Notes: a model not told the origin generated them from the sequence alone. 51,427 bases of DNA, filler included, from Catajapyx aquilonaris (GCA_000934665.2; 3 parts of 3 records of this genome joined end to end with filler, not necessarily neighbours in it), one strand, 5' to 3'. Shown: positions 38,423 through 50,527, numbered from the whole stretch's first letter. Numbers and translations: made by a program.

Positions 38423-38752
38423 ACTCCCTCTTATCGCCTGCCGGGGCGTTTTGCATGAGGTGCTCACTTGAGAGCGCCATGAGACATCTTTTCATTGTGC
38501 AATTATGTGGCGACCCTATACCGGACTACGCTGAACTTTATACTGTAGGTACCAAAGGGAAGCGCTACATTGGGGGACCCAACATGGTCGCCGGCGGCCA
38601 TGTTGGGCCCACATGTAGCGGCTTCTCTTCTACCTTAGTTCAGCGTAGTCCGGTAGGGTCGCCACATAATTGCACAATGAAAAGCTGTCTCATATGGCGC
38701 TCTCAGGTGAGCACCTCTTGCAAAACGCCTCGGCAGGCGATATAGGGGAAGT
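38423..38752. mobile_element. Palindromic foldback element
   Basis: TATCGCCTGCCG...ATTGTGCAATTATGTGGCGACCCTA / TAGGGTCGCCACATAATTGCACAAT...CGGCAGGCGATA with a central hairpin CCCAACATGG...CCATGTTGGG. Confidence 0.8.
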
Positions 38753-38867
38753 GTCCGGGGGCTGTTCGGAACCGACCCAAACCGTCCTTTCGAAGGGCGT
38801 TCGCATGCGAACGGCCTAGCGCAAGTGGAAACTAAACGAGAGTGTATCTAGCCATAATATGCTGGTG

Positions 38868-39358
38868 ACGGTTGGTGAATATAAAAGTCCCCCCCAGTCT
38901 GTAATTTGGCGCTGGCGCGGCCCCACAGGGATCTTGTGGTTCGGGTGGCTGACTTTATAATAATTGATATTAGGGAGGTTGTCCCGGCATTACCTCTCAA
39001 CCTCCAAGGATAGGGCAGGAAATAAGCGGCTGTGGCCTATTATACGGAGGCGACCCCGGAATTATCCTAGGAAGACCGTGGAAAACCACAGAAAACCACG
39101 GTCAGAGTTGCCGGCCCCGGGATTCTAACCCAGGACCTCCCGATTAGCAGTCGGACGCCTTATCCACTATGCCAACCTGCTTCGGTCGGGTGGCTGACTG
39201 ATGGCGATCTGCTAATCCCCTCCGGACCCAGCAGCTGCAGTGGAAGGAAAGAATGGTTAGGATTAGTTCAGGCGTCCGCGAGCGTCCGCCCGAACCCACA
39301 AGATCCCTGTGGGGATGCGCCAGCGCCGCGGACGGAGACTTTCATATTCACCTACCGT
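38868..39358. mobile_element. Hairpin element interrupted by a SINE
   Basis: Arms ACGGTTGGTGAATAT...CCCCACAGGGATCTTGTGG and CCACAAGATCCCTGTGGGG...ATATTCACCTACCGT. Confidence 0.65.
38955..39185 (-). mobile_element. tRNA-derived SINE
   Basis: Minus strand has A box TGGCATAGTGG, B-box-like GGTTAGAATCCC and a GGTTTTCTGTGGTTTTCC body; 14-bp TSD TCGGGTGGCTGACT at 38941-38954 and 39186-39199. Confidence 0.85.
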
Positions 39359-39405
39359 ATCGTATGAGTTGCATGGGGGATGCCCCTAGCGCTAGCCATA
39401 TGGAT

Positions 39406-39681
39406 ACGGTAGGGCAATTCGTGTGTCTCCACCAGCCCGGAATTTGGCGCTGGCGGCGGTGATCGTTATTCGCTATACCGCCATCTTGTTGAAGGTGCAC
39501 TCACATGGTAAGTCTGCGGAAGCAAAGAAAGATCGAGCCCATCGGCAGACCGCGGCAGACGACTCACCTGTTACCTACCAACAAAGTTGCACCTTGACAA
39601 GATGGCGGTATAACGAACGATGTAGCTCCGCCAGAGCCAAATATCACCCTGACCGAGACACAGGTAGTATTAACCTACCGT
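39406..39681. mobile_element. TACGGTAG-type hairpin MITE
   Basis: TACGGTAGG...CCTACCGTA termini; inner arms TATACCGCCATCTTGT/ACAAGATGGCGGTATA. Confidence 0.7.
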
Positions 39682-40689
39682 ATTACAGGAGGGTCATAGG
39701 GCTGGGTTATGCAATCTATTATCTCTGTCATTGTCCACCACCCACCACTATAAGTCCGGGTGCTAAGAGTTTAACTTTGCATTTGGTGATAAAAGTACTT
39801 GTGGAACTCGGTACCCTCGTTCTTGGGACACTTCTGAGCATATCTCGAAATGAGTCAATGATGACCCACCCGCCACCCCGCCAGGGGTTTGCAGGGTTGC
39901 CATATCTACCTATTATAGATTTTGTTGGGCACTAATCTGCTAATTACTAAGCATTTATTTTGTACAATAAGCATTAGCTGCTAAAATTAGATTAAATAAA
40001 GAGCTCATGACACATAGAGAGCTCGCATGACAGGACTTGCTGCCAATTGGCAACTACTCTGAAACACGGCACCATGCACCGAGAAAGACTTTCAAGCAGC
40101 TCTTTTTCAAGCCTCCAAAATAATAAGTCAGATAATGCCAGTTCAGATATATACTGAGTAGAATGGTCTACAAATGAAATGAAATGTCCCTGGTTGAAAG
40201 GCTCGATATGAATATCATTTAGAACAATTAGCATCCAAGGTCCTCCCTGTTTTTCCGCAGTAGCATCCTACTAGGCTATTGGTGTAGTAGGCTACTACTC
40301 TAGTTAATAGCCATGACCTCCGTTCCAGTAAATATTAGCATATAATATTTTTACAACCTCCTAGAGAAGATATCGGAAAGTAACTGCTAAAAATATATTG
40401 CTAATCACTACGTAACACTGGCCAAATGGGCTGGACCTTCCTCGAAGGAGGGGGGGCTGCCTCAGGACTCGTTCATGCTGATGACGTACTCGGTATTTTT
40501 CCCATGTATCCTTAACGTGTTAATGTTGCTGCCGTGAGTTGGCCGAGCCCGTCTGGGGAGTCGCCAGTTCCGCGGAGAGGTTCAGGAAGCCTGCTATACG
40601 GCAGGGATAGGGCACTCGGAGGCTCTCAGTTATTAGCTCTTGGTAACACTGATGTTTTAAAAATGGTTTAATTTTTTTGTACTCTATAA

Positions 40690-41251
40690 CAGGGTGTTTC
40701 CGAGCTATCTTTAGAAACTTCTAGGGGTAATAGAGGGGACCAAGACAAACATATTTCATATAGGAACCCGTGTCCGGAAATGCCATCTATACGGGGTTCA
40801 TAGACGAGGAATGGGTGCGCTCAGACGCTTCAAGCAGGAGGCGCAAGGCGAGCGGACTGGTTTGTTGACAGATGGCGCGCAGTTGTTGCCAGGTTATGGC
40901 GTATCGCGTCGTCGTTTGCTTACAACGACGCGATACGCCATAACCTTGCAACAACAGCACCGTTGTATACTCTCCGCGCGTATCCTAGGAGCTGGACTTT
41001 AGTTGCTAGATGACTCTGTTATTGCCAGGTTATGGCACATCGCATTGGTGTTTACTATCCGAGCGCCATCTATCAACAAAACAGTCCGCTCGCCTAGCGG
41101 GTCCCACGTGACGCGTCTGAGCGCACCTGTTCCTCGTCTATGAACCCCCTCTAGATGGCGTTTCCGGACACGGGTTCCTATATGAAATATGTTTGTCTTT
41201 GTTCCCTCTATTACCCCTAAAAGTTTCTAAAGATAGCTCGGAAACACCCTG
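40690..41251. mobile_element. Full-length CAGGGTG palindromic MITE
   Basis: CAGGGTGTTTCCGAGCTATCTTTAGAAACTT...AAGTTTCTAAAGATAGCTCGGAAACACCCTG-TA. Confidence 0.92.
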
Positions 41252-42640
41252 TATGTTCCATTTGATGGACATTCGTGATCTCTCCATCTCACATCGTGAC
41301 TTTTTTAATGTTCACATGTTTATAATTAGTCAAATTATTTTCTGTCATTACTATTTGTGTGTGAGTGGTTAGGGTGAGCTAGCGTGAGATTTTTATTCAA
41401 TTTTCTACCAGGTCCGTTCCTAAATTGAAATCCAAGACAGGAAAAAAATGATCACAAATTCCCTTCTCCAAGTCGAAACATGAATCACTGTACAATCTTT
41501 GCCATTCAATTCCCTTCTGACTCTCCCTGTACACCCTATCAATCCAACCCCGTCGAAAAGACATGCACCAATATTTTTCACACAGCCTAAAACGTTGATG
41601 TGTTCCAACCGAGTTTTCCTACCTGAAAACTACGCGTGTCGACGGTCGACCCTCATGAATTTTTAGGGTTGTGGAAAGTGTAAAGAAAGGGGTCGGGGTG
41701 GTGGTGGTGGTGGGAGGGGGGTTAAAAAGGAGGCAGAAAAAGTGTGTCTAGGCGGACGTCTTGCAGCTAGACAGTGCGGCAGGAGGGGCCTAAATCATTC
41801 GTAAAGGCGGAGGGGGGGGGGGGGGGGGNTTATAGTTTGCAAGCGGGACTCGGAATGCTGTCGGGGAGTTGGGCCCCATGGAAATTACACGGCTTCCATT
41901 CCGACCGACACTGAAGGAGAAGGGAGGAAAAGAGGGGGTTGTGGTGATGCTGCTGTTACTAGGGGGGAGCCTGGGAGCTAGATTTTTTTTTTCTGGCTGT
42001 AGATTCCAGGGAAGAATCGTGGGCTCAAGGTGGCCTCATTCTGGATTTCAAGACACTATCTCCACACACCTGTGGCCCTACACCTTTTTTTTTTTACCGA
42101 CCCTATAGCCTCACCACCACTTGCTTGGGAAAATATGACTACTTATAGTATAGTGGCGTTCCTGGCGGCAGTGTGATTTTAAACGCTTGATATTCACTCA
42201 CAGTAAGGACTGGGATTACTGATATGAATATAGGGATGTACACTAAAAGTTTGTGGGAATATTTACTGCAAGAACCAATAAAGCAGTGGAATTTAGCATC
42301 CCTTATTGGTGTGACCGGTTCTTGATTCTACTTCCTCCATGTTTTCCTGTACAAACATCAAAATACAGCAGGGTGGGTTTTTCAACCTGCTATAAGCCTG
42401 CTAGGTCTAACAGCCTGATTCTGCTTGCAAGAATTTTTTCATAAGGTTTCTCGTGGGTTACCATGGATACAAGTTGTTAACAGCGGTACAGCTAACTAGC
42501 AGTGGGACGAAAAACTGACCCCAAGCTTATAAAATATTTTGATCGAGCTGTAATCGTGATGTTACTGTCATAAATATTTTCTGAAACTCTGGAAGCTGTT
42601 TATCGACTGTTCCGTGGAAATTTTTAAAAAAATGTCTATA

Positions 42641-43283
42641 CAGGGTGTTTCCTGCAACTCTGCAAAGACTTTCAGGGGTAATAGAGGGGACCAAGACAAG
42701 TATTTTTGACATAGGAACCCGTGTCCGGAAACGCCATCTAGAGGGGGTTCGTAGACAAGGAACGGGTGCGCTCAGACGCGTCACGCTGGAGGCGCTAGGC
42801 GAGCAGACTGTTTTGTTGATAGATGGCGCTCGGATAGTAAACTCCAATGCGGTGTGCCATCAAGATGGTGTGCCCTAACCTGGCAACAGCAGAGCCATCT
42901 AGCAACTAAAGTCCGCCTCGTAGGAGACGCGCGGAGAGTAAACAACGGTTATGGCGTATCGCGTCGTTGTAAGCAAACAACGACGCGATACGCCTAGCCC
43001 TAGCCATCTGCTGCCTAGCCTAGCCATAACCTGGCAACAACTGCGCGCCATCTATTAACAAAACAGTCCGCTCGCCTAGCGCCTCATTTTGCGCCAATAA
43101 ACCATCACTCAATCAATCAATCAACCTAGCTCCTCCCGCGTAAAACGTCTGAGCGTACCTGTTCCTTGTCTATGAACCCCCTCTAGATGGCGTTTCCGGA
43201 CACGGGTTTCTATGTCAAAAATACTTGTCTTGGTCCCCTCTATTACCCCTGCAAGTCTTTACAGAGTTACAGGAAACACCCTG
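42641..43283. mobile_element. Full-length CAGGGTG palindromic MITE with small internal insertions
   Basis: TA-CAGGGTGTTTCCTG...CAGGAAACACCCTG-TA. Confidence 0.9.
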
Positions 43284-43302
43284 TATATTTGAAAATGTTA
43301 TA

Positions 43303-43864
43303 CAGGGTGTCTATTGTAACTCTGCAAAGACTTTCAGGGATAATAGAGGGGACCAAGACAAGTATTTTTGACATAGGAACCCGTGTCCGGAAACGTCATC
43401 TAGAGGGGGTTCATAGACAAGGAACGGGTGAGCTCAGACGCGTCACGCGGGAGGCGCTAGGGGAGCGGCCTGTTTTGTTGATAGATGGCGCTCGGATAGT
43501 AACCAACGATGCAATGTGTCATAACCTGACAACAGCAGAGCCATCTAGCAACTAAAGTATGCCTCCTAGGAGACGCGCGGATAGTCAACAGCGGTTCTGT
43601 TGTTGCCAGGTTATGTCGTATCGCGTTGTTGTTTGCGTACAACGACGCGATACGCCATAACCTGGCAACAACTGGGCGCCATCTATCAACAAAACAGTCC
43701 GCTCTCTTAGCGCCTCTCGCCTGACGCGTCTGAGCGCACCCGTTCCTTGTCTATGAACCCCCTCTAGATGACGTTTCCGGACACGGGTTCATATGTCAAA
43801 AATACTTGTCTTGGTCCCCTCTATTATCCCTGAAAGTCTTTGCAGAGTTACAATAGACACCCTG
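43303..43864. mobile_element. Full-length CAGGGTG palindromic MITE, 19 bp from the previous copy
   Basis: TA-CAGGGTGTCTATTGTAACTCTGC...GCAGAGTTACAATAGACACCCTG-TA. Confidence 0.92.
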
Positions 43865-44819
43865 TATTACGTTCTTAGTTGCATATCCTCTTTGAAGTCA
43901 TGTATATGAGAGGCGTTCATAAAGTTCCCGTCTTTGGGTTGAAGGAAATGAGAGAAACGGTTCAAATTGCATACATGTATTAGTCCTTCTCTATAATATT
44001 TTAATCCTGCCAAGCCACACATTTTTCCCAGCGATCCACGACACTGTGGGACACTATTATTGCCGAAGTCGACACTTTGCACTTGAAAAAAGTTTTCAAC
44101 CTCGATACGGCTAAGGAAATGTTGGCGATGATCCTCGCCGACACGGGCGATTTTTTCAACCGATTTATCATCATGAACGAATGTTAGATGTATACCACTA
44201 TGACCCAGAGACCAAATTACAGAACAAGCAGTGGAAACACTATAGGAACTCTCTATTAGATTCATATAATACGCGTATTTACTGTACTCTTGTATTGTCC
44301 GTATTCATCATCATCACTGGCGCAATAATGTAATAAGGTTCACGTCATTTTATTCCTCTTACACTTAAATATTCAAGTCATCAGGCTAATAATAAGAGTT
44401 TGGTATCAATATAAATTATGAACTCAGTGACAAACATATTTTAAATCATGGTATAGCTACCTATTCAACAATACCGGTATATGATATAGCCTACTCTTTT
44501 ACCTGCTACAAAAATACATGCACCTACATTTTTGCACGCTAACGGGTGGAATACATTGCCTTCATTCCTCGGTGTTTCGCTAGGGGTGCCCCGGTCATTC
44601 ATTATACTTTATTTTTGCCATTGGATTGGGTTTGGGCCTTTTCGCTTGCACTGCCTGGGGGGAACAATTGGCATATAATGATACACTGTACACCACTTAC
44701 TGTGAAAAAAGAAAGCACGAAATTTCACATTTCCTTTGGCTAAATCATGCATAATGTAAAATAATGAGTTGGTTATTATTCCTTCCAAAATTCCAGTCGG
44801 CAACCAACGTACTGTACAA

Positions 44820-44821
<2 letters not shown>

Positions 44822-44863
<42 letters not shown>
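44822..44863. repeat. (GA)n microsatellite
   Basis: About 21 GA units. Confidence 0.95.
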
Positions 44864-44867
<4 letters not shown>

Positions 44868-47800
44868 TGTAGTGCCGCCACACTCCATTATTCTATTGTA
44901 TCCTGTGGCAAGTCCTGTACTCGAGCTGTTATCTGGTATAAGACACGGGTTTATACGGGCCAGGAAATAAGGTGACAGCTAATAAGGATGTCAAATGATT
45001 TCAGGCTGAGAGTCCGGGAAGAAGACTTTTTTCAAATCAAATCTCAGCTGAAGCAAATTCTATTCCAGGCAGGTAATTTGAGTCCCACGGCACGCCTACG
45101 GAAATAGCCATCTTTCCCATCCTACCTTCCTAACACCAAATCCTCCCGCTGCCAGAAATTAGGGACTAATTTATAGGCGAAAAGGCTGCCATGTGCAAAG
45201 CGGGAAACGCGCGCCATCTTTCCCAGACGACCATCCATCCCGGACCAAAAACGATCCCTTTGTATTCTCCCTACTTGCTTTCTCTCTCATTCTACTTCTA
45301 GAGAATGGAAACGCTCCTCATTCCTTCTTATTACCAAACCTGAGTCTATTCTACCATTTCTACAATGTTCTTTGTTTCTTTGCAATGCCACCTGAAAGAC
45401 ACACACATGCCCTCACAACATATATTAATTACTAGTGGCACATGCTCGTGTTTTTTATGTAATATTACCGAAAATATTTCATATTCATCAGTCCAAAATA
45501 CTTGCGTATTATTTTGAAGTTAGAATATAGTATTTTAGGCCTAATACATCATTTTTCATATGCAGAAAATTTCTCCTTTACTTATTGGTTGAACGCCTAT
45601 TAATTTCACATTTCTTGCCTTATCTATTATGAGTAGCCTATTCATTAATAAATGCTCATTACAGTCAGAAAAATTAATGAATCAAAAAAGATATGATGTA
45701 CACTGTATAAGCCTGCAGGTTAGCTGATTATGATTCCTAATCATTAAAAAGTCTGCTTTAAGTCCGTCTCTAACCTTGGACCTCAGCATCCATTACCTCA
45801 GGCTACCTCCCCTATTTTCTTGGACATTCAATTGATTAGTTTAACATCCCCCTATCCTATCATGCTCTCCTCCTGCCCACTGGCCCATTCCCTCACAAGA
45901 ATTCACTTCACCCCGTGAAACCATCAGCCTCAAAACTGGTTACATTCTCCCCCGATATTTTCCCCTTCCAAAAACCTGCCTGCCCATAAACCCCCGAACT
46001 GACAGCATCCTCCTATTCTGGAGCAATCCTTCCAGAGTTTTGGCGAGGAAGGCACGGAGTGTCTAATCCCCATCCTTCACGAGCATCCTCTTCCTCTCAG
46101 GCTCCATTTTACTACTAGCCTAACGACACATTCAGGTTGGCCCCTGATACGACCGAGATTGTAGGCCTTTGGACTCCCCTTCATCCCACCACCACCCTTC
46201 CCACCTCCTCTACCAATTTGACCGAGGGGACCACTTGCAAAACGGCGTGGCTCCCACACCAACTTTCTCTATTGTGCCCGCTTGCATCGGAAACCTATCC
46301 GGTTAACAGTTTTCGCCGTTGCACTCCAATTCCAGACGACCACACCCCGGGCTTTTAAATGCGGCTACAGGGATGTGTCTGCTTCCGATGCTCTACATGC
46401 AAATGTACAGCTGCAGGGTTTTAGTCCAGTCAATACTTCTGATATGATACGGTATAGCTGGAGAGGAGATTGGTCTGCTCTGTTTTTGCTGGGAAGTTCT
46501 TTAGGAGAATGTGGAATTTGGCATTTGTATGCAGGCTATTACTTGAGGTAAGTCGTGGCCACAAGGCTTGACTCCGTTTGGTTGGTTTTTGATGCATTTA
46601 TATTCCACAAAAAAAGTATTGTAGTAGCCTGCGGATTCTTACATTTGTCTGCGTCACCGACAAAGGAATCGATATAGTGGGATCAAAAACAGAAAAATGT
46701 GATATGATGGTGACAGTTTTTTCTTGCAAGGAGAATGACATTTTCAACGTGTATTTTGGTCATATATAGTGTAATGTTGGCTGTAATTTGTATTTTATGG
46801 CAGATTGGCTAGATAATTAGTTGATTTAGAAGATCACAATCAGGCATTACCATAATGCCTAAAGACAGACTGTACGTATCAAAGCATATGGTAAAAAACT
46901 CGGATTTTGTGTCATGAAAATTATACGTCATCTGAAATGTTTTAATTCATGCAACCGGATCCATGAGAACGTATTTTCAGAAAATCCTTAATTTTGAGTG
47001 GAAAATATCTTCGGAAAATCATAAAAATATAGTTGTATGAACCCACACTTTTTGAACTCGCCAATTAAATTCCTCCTAAGCGCAAATGTCCTCAATTCCA
47101 TCCTCTTTTTTGAGCATAGTGTGCATATTAACGTAATACCAATATATTTAGCATTTTTGTCTTGAAACACCCAAGTCTTAAAATGACAATAAAAATCGTC
47201 TCTCCCTCCCATACCGTCTGTACAGTATACACAATAATCAACTGTTATTGTGGCAGTAAATATTACTGCACAACATGAATTTCTCTTGCATAATAAATGC
47301 ACAAAAATAAATACTGTATTACGACGTAGGTCTTCCATAATGCACCCGAAATGAGTGGTCTCCGGCACAAAATCCGCATTAATGATAATACAGACGTTCA
47401 CTTCATCATTCATGACAAATGATCCGCATTTGTTGGGCACGTCCTACTTCCGCCGTCATCTTAATCGCCGTCGTCTTAAACTGAATCACCTTTAACTTCC
47501 TAAAATACAGCCATGACATATCTGCCATCCTGCCTGAAGCGGAAATGTTACCAAAGGCCATTTCTCCCGTTACATTTGTACTAACGGGCATCAAGGATAC
47601 GGTAAAGGAGGACGGTATTTTCCAGGACGTTGCACCTTAGATATACCGTGCACATTGTGACTAATAGTACGGCGTAGAATGACACTCTCGAGATGAAGAA
47701 AGGAAAGTGAGGCTTGAAATAAACACTTGAAACTCATTCCTTTTCTGTCCGAATGCATAATAGTAGCGTAAAAAGCTGGAGTGTAGTGTAAGCGTCCGAG

Positions 47801-48280
47801 AGAATTGCAAAGTGGGTGGGGTTAGGTGGAGTAGATGGCAGGAAAGGGGTAGGAGGATGAAGCTAGGACGATCGCATTACAATCCGCTCAGCTGTGCCAA
47901 TATTCGCTCGTGTCCCAAGGGATTGCAATCTGAGATTATTTCCATGGTAGCAATCAGAGACGGGGATGAACTTTGCCCGATAGACTGAGGAAATCCCCAC
48001 CAGAATCACGGCCACTTGAATTAGATACAAAATGAAGTACGGAAGCCCTTTACACGACCCGTTTAGACTACAGAGGAATTTCCATGGAAATGGGATCTTT
48101 TTCTCTTCGCTGCCTCGCTCAGGCCTCATTAAGCGATGGAATTTTCACTCCTGATTACCATCACTGATACATTTTCTTTTCTGCTTCCGTGTCCTAGGTA
48201 GACACCACACTGCACCGTGCGGGCGTAATCTTTTCATATACCGGTATATGCTATGCATCTAATACACACTCTCCTTTCAG

Positions 48281-48546
48281 GTTTGGTTTGGTTTATTAGG
48301 GAGAAGCCAAAGCAACTGTGGCTATCTGGCGATAGAAGATTCAAAGGTGGGACAAATGGAGAGAGAAACGAAGAGGAAAAAGAAGAGAGGAAAGACTGGT
48401 ATCTCTCTTAGTCTGTCTCCAATCCCAAAGACCTGTCCGGCTGGGTGGCCCTACCAGTAGACGAAGCTACCGCCGGCATAGCTCTTGGGGTCATGGGAGA
48501 AACGCAAACCTCACCACCACGATAAGGTGGAGATACCATCGGGGGG
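48281..48546 (-). mobile_element. 266-nt non-autonomous short retroposon with an RTE/BovB-like 5' head and an AATAAA-(CCAAA)n tail
   Basis: 13-bp TSD ACTCTCCTTTCAG at 48268-48280 and 48547-48559. Head CACCTTATCGTGGTGGTGAGGTTTGCG...CATGACCCCAAGAGCTATGCCGGCGG...TAGGGCCACCCAGCCGGACAGGTC resembles RTE-clade 5' UTRs. 3' end CTAATAAACCAAACCAAAC. Confidence 0.85.
48397..48546 (-). ncRNA. Candidate HDV-like self-cleaving ribozyme with extended P4
   Basis: Manual fold: P2 UGGUAUCU(C)/(G)AGAUACCA; P3 CCA/UGG with L3 CCUUAUCG; imperfect P1 between the 5' C-run+G and UGGUG; P1.1 CU/AG; P4 base (G)UUUG/CAGA(C); J4/2 CUAAGA with candidate catalytic C at 48411. Confidence 0.65.
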
Positions 48547-49378
48547 ACTCTCCTTTCAGCAATGTTAATAAAGTATTATGCGTCACTCGGCGCTGGGACA
48601 GGGTATAAGTAGGGGACCTTGATGAGTTCATCGTTGTGGGATTTCAGAACAAATATTGGTGACATTCTGTCGGCACTAAGAATGACACATTTTCCGCACG
48701 AGTAAGACGGAGGTGGAAGACTGATGGTTGGTGTCAGATACAGAGCCGGCTTGCTGAAAGCTGGTACTCGGAAAAGCAGAGGCTGTGTGTTATTGAATAT
48801 GGTCATGATCACTTGAATTGGTAAACTGATGGCATCGTATCCTAGCTTTCCATGATGTTTTTCCACAAATGATTTTTGACAGTAGTAATAGCGGGCTAGA
48901 AACTGGTGGCTTTTGCTGGAATGATCATGCTTGAAACTGGTGGTTTTTGCTGGGAGCAAAATTATCACAAAGATACATTTCATAAACAAATTCCAGGAAG
49001 GTTTTTTGTTTCAGTGACTTGCACACAAATCCATTATTTTACTAGAAATATGCCTATTGCATGCCTTCACTCTTGACATTATTTTACTGGCATCTACTTC
49101 TTTTTGAATTCGTCTCTTGAGAGCCTCTGAAAAAAAACCATGAAATATATGAGATATTTGTAATAAAGTGCAGCACCATATTGCTGTGAAGCATCCCGGG
49201 CAGCAGTACAGTATTGCAAATAATGACCTATAAGTTGTTGTGTTACATGGCACCCATTAAAAGCAGTTCAGAAAGGAGTGCAGATTAAGGTGCAGCATCT
49301 CTATCATGTAGCTTGTGCAAATATGCCCCAAACTCAGTTGCACAGTGAGTTGCTGCCTTCAGTTGATCCAGCAGGTTA

Positions 49379-49510
49379 CCCCATTGGAGAGAATGGAGGT
49401 CATGGACCCTCCTGATGCAGGCGAAAGGGAGCTCCCAGGTGGGGATCGAACCTGGGATCTTTCACTCAGCAAGCTGAGGCGTTACCATCTCGGCCACCAC
49501 ACCTCCCCCT
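49379..49510 (-). mobile_element. Short tRNA-derived SINE (head only)
   Basis: A box TGGCCGAGATGG and B box GGTTCGATCCC on the minus strand; 16-bp TSD TTGATCCAGCAGGTTA at 49363-49378 and 49511-49526. Confidence 0.85.
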
Positions 49511-49787
49511 TTGATCCAGCAGGTTATTCCTGCCATGTAACTTGGCCAACTTCAGTACTTCTTAAATGCTCCCAAATTACTGCTTTGCATATAGGGATGG
49601 AAGTTGGGAGCAACACAGGCCTGCCATGTAACTTGTTACCAAAGCAGTGCATATATATCAATGCATTTTGAATTGAAGCACCATGACAATGCCATGTAAC
49701 ACACCTCTTTAATAATCTACAATACATTATCAGGGTTGTTTGATGTTCATTAATGAGGCCTTATACCGTATATGATGACTCTAAAAG

Positions 49788-49956
49788 TCTAAAGTCTGGA
49801 TACATAGGTAACTGGATTGTATTGTAGGTTTCCAGTTGTGCCAACTAGCAGATTATTGACAGTCAGTAAAGTCTGAGTTGGCATTTGAAGTTGGCGCAAC
49901 TGGCAACCAACGATGCAATCCAATGACCTATGTATCCAGACTTTAGAGTGACCCTG
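49788..49956. mobile_element. Small MITE
   Basis: TCTAAAGTCTGGATACATAGGT / ACCTATGTATCCAGACTTTAGA inverted arms; right end ACCCTG-TA. Confidence 0.65.
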
Positions 49957-50527
49957 TATTATTGGCAAAAGCACATAATGTATCTGAGACACTGTATCAC
50001 AAAAATGAAACTAATTCTAGAAACACCTTACCTTATATGGCAGCCACCTTCTGAGGCAATAATGGCGCTTTGGCCACAGAATCTTTTTTGGTTGGGCATC
50101 TCAGACCATTCACGCTGCTCACAGTGAGTTTTTCTGAGCCTCATGTCGACATGCCCAAGCTTTTAACCACTTGGTATATCCAACCTTTGCCAGTGCCGAC
50201 TCCCACTGTTGGTGGGATATGATGATCACACGACCAAGTGTCACCTGCAAGATATAACAAAAATCAGTGTCACATTGCATGTTAGAAGATTTACATTCAT
50301 GAATGATGATTTTCATTGCTGAATTAATATGTCAACATAAAACAGCAAATGGAATTAGGTTACTGGAACAACATTCAATAGGCCTATATGACAGATCACT
50401 TACAAAGATATGCAATTTGTCAAGCTACTAAAATCAAAATGGATACTATAAAAAGTGCTACAAGGCTGGTATGTCTCACCAGCAAGTGACAGTTCCCAGC
50501 CAACTTAACGGATGTCCGTTAAACTGG

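Noticed and set aside
40475..40500. CTGATGA hammerhead-like core (also near 28915)
   Set aside because: No properly placed GAAA or stem II/III to complete a hammerhead
16756..43555. Recurrent ORFs reading GTKTNIFDIGxRVRKRHLEGVHR
   Set aside because: Translations of the non-coding CAGGGTG MITE arms; they appear on both strands because the element is palindromic
48576..50316. Exon-like minus-strand segments (e.g. 50123-50244 VTLGRVIIISHQQWESALAKVGYTKWLKAWACRHE)
   Set aside because: Plausible splice sites, but no recognisable protein family and the region is interrupted by a SINE and a MITE; not enough support for a gene call
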